From NCBI GenBank assembly GCA_964408805.1, contig CAYPAV010000021.1, positions 66 through 64,065 on the forward strand: DNA of 64,000 bases. The letters are read 5' to 3'. The position numbers and the translations under genes were made by a program. Shown piece after piece: positions 49,621 through 56,717 of the stretch. Within the stretch, counting starts at the first letter, position 1, and each line of letters opens with the position of its first letter. This DNA is from an uncultured Rhodospirillaceae bacterium (GTDB lineage: Bacteria; Pseudomonadota; Alphaproteobacteria; UBA8366). Below the pieces are notes generated by a model. It worked only from the letters and a program-made list of their open reading frames with translations. It was not told where the DNA came from and searched no databases.

Positions 49621-49646
49621 GTCATTCCCGCCTTCGCGGGAATGAC
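49621..49646. other. Perfect 11-bp-stem hairpin gtcattcccgc-cttc-gcgggaatgac
   Basis: It lies 28 nt downstream of the LLM oxidoreductase stop on the minus strand. No U-tract follows, so calling it an intrinsic terminator is uncertain. Confidence 0.4.
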
Positions 49647-49673
49647 AAAGGAGAATCCTGAGACAAATATATA

Positions 49674-50699
49674 CTATCCCCGCAACGCCGGCAGAACCTC
49701 CTCGGAGAGGCCTTTCATCAACGCGTCGGGGCGGGTCCAGGTTGCCTCGTCGCGGAACCAGATGGCGTCGATGTCGAGGTCGATCAGGGCTTGCGTGCGC
49801 TCGGCCACCTCGGCCCCGTTGCCGAGTAGCATCATCTCCTCGACCGCCTCGTCGGGTACGAATTGGGAGACCCGCTTCGCCTCCTCCCAATCGACCGCGT
49901 GTCCGAGATCCGGGTAGGGCGCCTTGAAATCGGACGGCGTCTCGGGCACGTCCAGCCCGGCGCGCCCGAACAGAACCTCGGCATGGGCATGGCGGCACAT
50001 GCCGGCGACGCAGGGACGAAGCAGGTCGATCGCCCGCGAGCGGTCGCCGTCGACAGTGGTCGTCTGCACCAGGATGCGCTTGACGTCCTCGCGTTTTCGT
50101 CCCGCCCGCGCCATGCCCGTCTCGACATGCTCCAGCGCCCATTCGATGCAGCCAGGCGCCGAGCCGACCATGATCAGGACCCCGTCCGCGACCTCGCCCG
50201 CCAGCGACAGAGCCTTCGGCCCCGTCGCCGCGATATAGACGGGGAGGTCGGGATGCTTCGGTTCCAATTCGATCTCGAGGCCGCCGAGTTCGGTTTTGGC
50301 GCCGCTGAAGATCGAGTGCCACAATTCGACCGAGCTTCGCATCTTCGCCAGCGTCGCCGCCTTCTTGCCGATGATATAGGCGGAGCTGTACCCGGTGCCG
50401 ACGACGAGATCGGCCCTTCCGCCCGAAATTTCGTGGAGGGTGACGATCGAACTGGCCGTGCTCAGGGGCTCCCGCGTCAACGGATTGGTGACGCCGGGTC
50501 CAAGCCGAAGCTTCGAGGTCTCCAGCGCGGCACAGCCGAGATGCATGTAGACGTCCCGCCACAACCCCGCCAGCAGCGGTGTGTCCGGCGTCCACATGAA
50601 ATCGAACCCCGCCGCCTCGACCGTCGCCGCATAGGCGCCCGTCTCCTGGGGCGTTCCGACCGTTGGAACCCGTATGCCGAATTGAATGCTCATTGCCAT
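49674..50699 (-). CDS. LLM-class (luciferase-like) flavin-dependent oxidoreductase
   Basis: MAMSIQFGIRVPTVG...AAGFDFMWTPDTP. ATG 50699 is preceded by AGGGGAG. The ORF-track start lies further upstream. Confidence 0.75.
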   Translation of the reverse strand: MAMSIQFGIRVPTVGTPQETGAYAATVEAAGFDFMWTPDTPLLAGLWRDVYMHLGCAALETSKLRLGPGVTNPLTREPLSTASSIVTLHEISGGRADLVVGTGYSSAYIIGKKAATLAKMRSSVELWHSIFSGAKTELGGLEIELEPKHPDLPVYIAATGPKALSLAGEVADGVLIMVGSAPGCIEWALEHVETGMARAGRKREDVKRILVQTTTVDGDRSRAIDLLRPCVAGMCRHAHAEVLFGRAGLDVPETPSDFKAPYPDLGHAVDWEEAKRVSQFVPDEAVEEMMLLGNGAEVAERTQALIDLDIDAIWFRDEATWTRPDALMKGLSEEVLPALRG

Positions 50700-50805
50700 C
50701 GCTCCCCTTTTGCCATGGAGATCGATATCGACCGCATTTTCGTATTGGACAGGCCGCGCCGCGCCGTCTACCAAACCGTCTCCAGTAAATCGCGGGGAGC
50801 GGTCG

Positions 50806-51234
50806 ATGACGGAAGGTCGGGGGTTCTTTCACCAGGTGATGCGGGGCGAAATCCCGCCACCCAAATGTTCCGAGATCCTGGGAACCGAAATCCTCGAGCA
50901 CGATTCGGCGACGGGCATCGTGCGCAGCCGGTTCCAGGGCCGCGAGACCTTCACCAACCCGATGGGAACCGTCCAGGGCGGGTTCCTGGCGGAGATGCTG
51001 GACGAGGCGATGGCGATGGCGCTCGATGCCACCTTCAGCGCGGGCGAATTCGCGCCAACGGTGGAGATGAAGATCAATTACGTCGCCGCAGCCAAACCCG
51101 GCCCGCTGCTTGGCGAAGGGCAGGTCGTGCATCGCGGCGGCTCGATCTGTTTCCTCGAAGGTAGCCTTCGGGCCGAGGACGGCACGCTGATCGCCACCGG
51201 CAGTGCGACGGCGAAACGCGTGAAGATGAAGTAG
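50806..51234 (+). CDS. PaaI-family hotdog-fold thioesterase
   Basis: NPMGTVQGGFLAEMLDEAMAMA, with C-terminal GSICFLEGSL...GTLIATGSAT. ATG 50806. Confidence 0.8.
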   Translation: MTEGRGFFHQVMRGEIPPPKCSEILGTEILEHDSATGIVRSRFQGRETFTNPMGTVQGGFLAEMLDEAMAMALDATFSAGEFAPTVEMKINYVAAAKPGPLLGEGQVVHRGGSICFLEGSLRAEDGTLIATGSATAKRVKMK

Positions 51235-51252
51235 TCAGGGAGGGAAACGACA

Positions 51253-52233
51253 ATGAAATAAAGAACATTCGGCCGGTCCGGCCTATCCGTCTCGGAGCTG
51301 GCCTTTGGCGGCGGCCGGGTCGGGGGGATCATGATCTTTCCCGAGGACGAGACCAAGCTGGCGGCGCTCAACCGGGCTCATGCGGGCGGGATCAATTGGA
51401 TCGACACAGCGGCCAGCTACGGCGACGGTCAGTCCGAGGAAGCGCTCGGCCGGCTGATGGGGAAAGCCGACGGCACCCCCTTCCTCTCCACCAAATTCGC
51501 CGTTGATCCCGCCTTGGGGCAAGACATCCCGAGCCAGATCGAAACCAGCCTCAGGGCCAGCCTGGATCGCCTCGGCCGGGACAGCGTGGACCTCCTGCAA
51601 CTCCACAACCACATCGAACCCTCGGCCGGCGGCCGGGGCATCACCGTGGATCATGTTCTGGGGGCGAACGGGGTGGCGGACGGGTTGGACCGGCTGCGGG
51701 AGAAGGGGCTGATTCGGCTCCACGGGATCACGGCGCTCGGCGATACCGCCTGCTGCCGCGAGGTGATCGAGAGCGGACGCATCGACAGCGCGCAGGTCTA
51801 CCACAACATCCTCAACCCGAGTGCGGCCATGGACATGCCGGCCGATTGGACCGGCCAGAATTTCGCCGGGATGATCGCGAGCTGCCGCGCCAACGGCGTC
51901 GCCGTCATGAACATCCGCGTCTTCGCCGCCAGCGTGCTCGCCACCGAAGCCCGTCACGGCCGCGAGGGCATCCTGACCAAGGACACCGAACTCGACGAGG
52001 AGATCCGGAAGGCTCGCGCGGTCGCGGAGCTTCTCGGCGACACCTACGGCACGCCGGCGCAAACAGCACTCCGCTTCGCCCTCGCCAACCAGAACATCTC
52101 GACCATCGTCGTCGGCATGGCGGAACTCGACCATCTGGAACAGGCCCTCGCGGCGGCCGAGATGGGGCCGCTGCCGGACGCGGCGCTTGGGCAATTGGCG
52201 GGACTTTACGCGACCGATTTCGGGCGGGTGTAG
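51253..52233 (+). pseudogene. Aldo/keto reductase with an in-frame TAA at codon 3
   Basis: AGGGAGGG-N9-ATG AAA TAA AGA ACA TTC GGC CGG... translates to MK*RTFGRSGLSVSELAFGGGRVGG, the canonical AKR N-terminus. The ORF track only picks up from ATG 51331. Confidence 0.7.
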
Positions 52234-52278
52234 AGGAGAGACGATGAATTTGGGACGGAATACGAAAGGGATTGATGC

Positions 52279-52797
52279 ATGATCGAACGGGTTTTGGAAC
52301 GAGTGATCTTCGCGAGCCGGTGGATCATGGCGCCTTTCTATCTGGGGCTGGTGATCGCGCTGATGATCGTTTTCGTGAAGTTCGCGCAGGAACTGATCCA
52401 TGTGATCCCGAGCGTCACCGCGATGAGCGAAACCGATGTCATCGTCGCCGTGCTTTCCTTGATCGATCTGTCGCTCGCGGGGAACCTGATCCTGATGGTG
52501 GTCTTCGCCGGTTATGAGAACTTCGTCTCCAAGATCGACACCGGCGACAACGAGGATCGGCCCGAATGGATGGGCAAGGTCGATTTCAGCGGCCTGAAAT
52601 TGAAGCTGATCGCCTCGATCGTCGCCATCTCGGGCATCCAGCTGCTGCGCACTTTCATCAATGTCGACAAGATACCCAAGGACGACCTGCAATGGATGGT
52701 CATCATCCATCTGACCTTCGTGATCTCGGGCCTGATACTGGCGCTGATGGACTACATCGTGGCCCGCTCCTACACGGTGCAGAAGGCGGTTGCGTGA
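52279..52797 (+). CDS. UPF0114 / YqhA-family membrane protein
   Basis: RVIFASRWIMAPFYLGLVIALMIVFVKF and GNLILMVVFAGYENFVSKID are typical of the family. Confidence 0.8.
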   Translation: MIERVLERVIFASRWIMAPFYLGLVIALMIVFVKFAQELIHVIPSVTAMSETDVIVAVLSLIDLSLAGNLILMVVFAGYENFVSKIDTGDNEDRPEWMGKVDFSGLKLKLIASIVAISGIQLLRTFINVDKIPKDDLQWMVIIHLTFVISGLILALMDYIVARSYTVQKAVA

Positions 52798-52827
52798 CGG
52801 TCGGGGGCGGACGAATAGCGGGAAGGC

Positions 52828-53022
52828 TTACGGCCAAACGATCATATAGACCGCAATGACGATCATCAGGCCGCCGGTCATCCGGGCGGTCCATTGGCCG
52901 TAGGGGAGGGTCTTCTCGATCAAGACATAGCCCGCGATCAGCGCCGCCCATAGAAGGTTCATGGCGCCGCCGACAAACAGCATCCCCATCAGGAAGGCTA
53001 GGTGTTGTTTTGTTCGACGCAA
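52828..53022 (-). pseudogene. DUF2182-family membrane protein, C-terminal fragment only
   Basis: LFVGGAMNLLWAALIAGYVLIEKTLPYGQW matches the last two helices of DUF2182 proteins (about 250 aa normally). The remaining upstream sequence is missing, and REP-A copy 3 starts within about 50 bp. Confidence 0.6.
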
Positions 53023-53062
53023 GTCTCATCCCCGAACACCCGAACGAGGCTCCGGGAAAATT

Positions 53063-53215
53063 CAGCGACCATACCTAATAAGTAACAATGTCGGCCGGCA
53101 AAACGTCGGAATCAGGGGGCCGCGCCCTATCCGGCCGGAGCGAATACCGGGGACACGGTGAGCTAACCCGGCGGGGAAAATGGTCATGTCCCCGTTATTC
53201 TTCGCGTCCTATTGC
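53063..53215 (+). repeat. REP-A copy 3 (degenerate)
   Basis: cagcgaccatacctaataagtaa ... ctatccggccggagcgaataccggggacacggtg ... ggtcatgtccccgttattcttcgcg. It is collinear with copies 1 and 2. Confidence 0.65.
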
Positions 53216-53239
53216 AAAAATTGTTCGAGCCCGGCGCGC

Positions 53240-53557
53240 TTACAATCCTTTCCGCAGCCCCCGGTGCCAGCGGGATTTATAGCCGCGGATGTATTGCACC
53301 GGGAAGTCGACCTCGGCGTCGAGGGCGGCGGCGTGCCAGGGCCAGTGGGGGTCGTGGAGCATGGCGCGGGCGAGGGCGATGTGGTCGGCCTCGCCGGCTT
53401 CCAGGATCGCCTCGGCGTGAGCCGGACGCTGGATCATGCCGACGGCCATGGTGACAAGACCGGTCTCTCGTTTGACGGTGGCCACCAAGGGGACCTGGTG
53501 GCCCTCGCCGATGGGCACGTTTTGTTCGAGCACAAGCCCAATAAAAGGGGACAGCAT
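53240..53557 (-). pseudogene. Orphan 3' fragment of an OYE-family NADH:flavin oxidoreductase gene (duplicate of 54641-54927)
   Basis: It encodes VLEQNVPIGEGHQVPLVATVKRETGLVTMAVGMIQRPAHAEAILEAGEADHIALARAMLHDPHWPWHAAALDAEVDFPVQYIRGYKSRWHRGL. This is near-identical to the C-terminus of the complete gene 54625..55731, and there is no upstream TIM-barrel part. Confidence 0.8.
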
Positions 53558-53783
53558 ATTTATTAAATGACCACATCAGTTCGACTGACCGATGGAACCC
53601 GGTGAACGCGTCCTATTCGGCGGGAACGAATAACCGGACTCAGATAGTCCTGCCACAAACAGTTCCCGAGAATTCCATAATTTGTCGCCGAAATAAATTC
53701 GATTAATTAATTATAATGCCCCTCAATTTTAAACCGTTTCAATCCATTAATCGACTTGGCATATTCTTTCACCGGTCGACGAC

Positions 53784-54608
53784 ATGGTGTTCTACAAATT
53801 GATATTTAAATTCTTCTCCCGCCTGGTCCCTGCGCTCTCCGTGTATGCGGATCGCCATGTTGGCTTGGCACGGCAATCGAACGAGGACGATTGCCTGACC
53901 ATTCGGATGGGACGGGATCTTGCCCTGTTACTGGTCGCCGATGGAAGCGGGGAACATCAAACGGGAGAGATCGCCACCAAACTAGTCAAGGAACGTTTTC
54001 TGTCCTTGCGAAAGGAAATAGCATTTGTCGACCGCTTGGATGCCTCCTTGGAGACCCTTTCCGACCTACTTCGAACGGCGGCTCTGGAGATCCATGCAAC
54101 GGTCAAGTCGCTCGTCGCGAAGAATTCGCGGTTGAAAGGATTGTCTTCCACTCTCACCTGTTGCGTCGTCATGGGAGAGTGGGTTGCTTTTGTGCAGGTG
54201 GGCGACAGCCGGCTCTATCACCTGTCGGAAGACGGATTGACCTTGCGAACGGTCGACAAGACCTTGGCCCGGGATTTGGTGGCGGCGGCGCGTCGGGACG
54301 GCGGCAAAGTTCCTGATCATGCCGAATCCGATTCCAATTCCGATTATGGGCAATTGTCCCAGGCGGTAGGATTCGTCCCCTACGACGTGCCCTTGGAACC
54401 GATGGTGGGAACCTTTCAATGGCGACCCGGCGACGCCCTTCTGCTGTGCACAGATGGTCTGACCGATTATGTGGCGGACGAAACCATCGGGGCGGATCTT
54501 GCACGCTCTACGTCGCCCCGAGCCGCGACGGCCAGCGTAATCGAACTCGCTCTTAAGGCGGGAGGCAAGGACAACATCGCCGTCGCCGTGGCCCGGTGGC
54601 GCGCTTGA
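53784..54608 (+). CDS. PP2C-family (PPM) Ser/Thr protein phosphatase
   Basis: RQSNEDDCL, LLLVADGSGEH, VQVGDSRLY, LLLCTDGLTDYV and GGKDNIAVAV motifs. It is preceded by about 240 bp of AT-rich DNA, and its GC is lower than the surroundings. The start is uncertain. Confidence 0.75.
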   Translation: MVFYKLIFKFFSRLVPALSVYADRHVGLARQSNEDDCLTIRMGRDLALLLVADGSGEHQTGEIATKLVKERFLSLRKEIAFVDRLDASLETLSDLLRTAALEIHATVKSLVAKNSRLKGLSSTLTCCVVMGEWVAFVQVGDSRLYHLSEDGLTLRTVDKTLARDLVAAARRDGGKVPDHAESDSNSDYGQLSQAVGFVPYDVPLEPMVGTFQWRPGDALLLCTDGLTDYVADETIGADLARSTSPRAATASVIELALKAGGKDNIAVAVARWRA

Positions 54609-54624
54609 GCGACGGCCCGGTGCT

Positions 54625-55731
54625 CTATCCACCGCCCCTTAGCCCCCGGTGCCAGCGGGATTTGTAGCCGCGGATGTATTGCACCGGGAAGTCGACCTCG
54701 GCGTCGAGGGCGGCGGCGGCGTGCCAGGGCCAGTGGGGGTCGTGGAGCATGGCGCGGGCGAGGGCGATGAGGTCGGCCTCGCCGGCTTCTAAGATCGCCT
54801 CGGCGTGGGCCGGGCGCTGGATCATGCCGACGGCCATGGTGACAAGGCCGGTCTCGCGTTTGACGGTGGCCGCCAAGGGGACCTGGTGGCCCTCGCCGAT
54901 GGGTACGTTTTGTTCGAGCACAAGCCCGCCACTTGAGATCGTCGCGAAGTCGCAGCCCAAAGTCTTCAATCGATGACAGAGCTCGACCGTCTCCTCTAGC
55001 GACCAGCCGCCCTCGACATAGTCCTCGGCCGAGAGCCGCACACCGAGCGCCTTCGCCTCCGGCCAGACGGCGCGCATCGCCTCGAAAGCCTCCAAGAGGA
55101 ACCGAAGCCGGCCGTCCACGTCGCCGCCGTATCGGTCGTCGCGCCGGTTGGTGATCGGGGAAAGAAATTCATGGAACAGGTACCCATGGGCCGCGTTGAT
55201 CTCTAAGAGGTCGATGCCGATCCGATCGGCCCGGCGGACGGCCGCGACATGATCCGCGATCACCGTTTCGATATCGGCCGCCGTGGCGGCTTTTGGCGTG
55301 GGCCAGCCCTCGGCGCGGGGAATGCCCGAGCAGCCGAGCGTCTCCCACGCTCCCTCGTCGGGGCCGAGCGGCGCGCTTCGCGTGATCCAGGGGAACTGGC
55401 TCGATCCCTTGCGGCCGGAATGGGAGAGCTGGAGGCCGAGCTTGATCTTGGAATGTTCGCGGCAGAAATCGACGATGCGTTTCAAGGTGGCTTCGTTCGC
55501 ATTCGAATATAGACCGAGGCAACCATGGGTGATCCGTGCCGCGGGCGAGACCGCGGTTGCCTCCGCGATGAGGAGCCCGGCGCCCGCGACCGCGAATTGC
55601 CCGAGATGCATAAGATGCCAGTCGGTGGCCGAGCCGTCCTCGGCGCTGTACTGGCCCATGGGGGCGACGACGATGCGGTTGGCGAGCTCGACCCCACGCA
55701 GTTTCAGCGGCGTGAACAGCGCGCTCGGCAT
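54625..55731 (-). CDS. NADH:flavin oxidoreductase, Old Yellow Enzyme family
   Basis: MPSALFTPLKLRGVELANRIVVAPMGQYSAEDG...DWHLMHLGQFA...QLSHSGRKGS...INAAHGYLFHEFLSP. ATG 55731. The 591-aa ORF-track extension overlaps the upstream PhyH gene and is rejected. Confidence 0.85.
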   Translation of the reverse strand: MPSALFTPLKLRGVELANRIVVAPMGQYSAEDGSATDWHLMHLGQFAVAGAGLLIAEATAVSPAARITHGCLGLYSNANEATLKRIVDFCREHSKIKLGLQLSHSGRKGSSQFPWITRSAPLGPDEGAWETLGCSGIPRAEGWPTPKAATAADIETVIADHVAAVRRADRIGIDLLEINAAHGYLFHEFLSPITNRRDDRYGGDVDGRLRFLLEAFEAMRAVWPEAKALGVRLSAEDYVEGGWSLEETVELCHRLKTLGCDFATISSGGLVLEQNVPIGEGHQVPLAATVKRETGLVTMAVGMIQRPAHAEAILEAGEADLIALARAMLHDPHWPWHAAAALDAEVDFPVQYIRGYKSRWHRGLRGGG

Positions 55732-55754
55732 TGCCCGGCCCTTTTTTGCGGCTC

Positions 55755-56585
55755 TTAGGACGCCTTTTGGACGTCCGGCACGTAGGGTGTGGAGGCGAAA
55801 TGCTCGTCGTTGCCGGAGGCGAATTTGAGGCCCGCTTCCTTCAGGGCCGTATCCGTCACCTTTTCCAGCGGCACGTAATAGCGATCGTCCGTCTTGGTGA
55901 CGGTGTCGTTGGAGACCGCGTTGTAGCAGCAGATCAGGGTCCAGCGCCGGTTCGGCGATTTGTTCTGGTCCGAGCGGTGGAGCACGTTCGAATGGAAGAT
56001 TGCGACGTCGCCCGGCTCCAGCACGACATCGACCGTCTCGTGGGTCGCGAGGATGTGGGGCATGCGGTCGGGATCGGCACTGTTCTGCTCCGCCGTTACC
56101 TGCAGATGGTCGATCCGGCCGAGATGGTGCGAGCCCTTTACGAGCTGCAGGCAGCCGTTGCCGGCATCGGTTCGGTCCATCGCGATCATGCAGCTCAGCA
56201 TGTCGGGCCTGAGACAACCATTGTAGTACCAGTAGCCGTAATCCTGATGCCACTCCCAGGCGCCGCCGACGAAGGGGTCCTTGGCGGTCAATTTGGACTG
56301 AAAGTGATAGACCGGCTCGCCGATCAGGGCTTCCACGGAATCGACCAGCTTCTCGCAGCGCGCGGCCAGCCCGTAGACACTGTCGCCGGCCCGGTTCCAA
56401 AGCGAGATCCGCGTCGCCCCGCCCTCGGCATCGGCGCGGAGCAGCGAGTGATCCTGGATCTTGGGGTCTTCCTCCATCGCGCGGCGCAGAAGCTCCGTTT
56501 CCTCCGCATCGAATAGGCCGCGCGCGAAGACGAAGCCGTCCTCGTGATAGCGCGCCACGTCCTCGTCGCTGAATATCGATGTCAT
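55755..56585 (-). CDS. Phytanoyl-CoA dioxygenase (PhyH) family protein
   Basis: 276 aa; WEWHQDYGYW (H-x-D) and GDVAIFHSNVLHRSDQN. Confidence 0.8.
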   Translation of the reverse strand: MTSIFSDEDVARYHEDGFVFARGLFDAEETELLRRAMEEDPKIQDHSLLRADAEGGATRISLWNRAGDSVYGLAARCEKLVDSVEALIGEPVYHFQSKLTAKDPFVGGAWEWHQDYGYWYYNGCLRPDMLSCMIAMDRTDAGNGCLQLVKGSHHLGRIDHLQVTAEQNSADPDRMPHILATHETVDVVLEPGDVAIFHSNVLHRSDQNKSPNRRWTLICCYNAVSNDTVTKTDDRYYVPLEKVTDTALKEAGLKFASGNDEHFASTPYVPDVQKAS

Positions 56586-56717
56586 GGTCGTCTTCCTATT
56601 AAATTACGCTCGCCATCATAGCAGTTTAACCGCGCCCGGCGGATGCTAAAATTCCATGCGCCCCGGCATAGTTCATAAATAGGCCGCGCCACGGCCCATC
56701 AAAGGGAGACCGACGCC

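Noticed and set aside
55732-56400. N-terminal 222-codon extension of the OYE ORF (591-aa ORF 54625..56400)
   Set aside because: The extension overlaps the PhyH gene in another frame and is Arg/Pro/Gly-rich. The OYE family N-terminus MPSALFTPLKLRGVELANRIVVAPM starts at ATG 55731.
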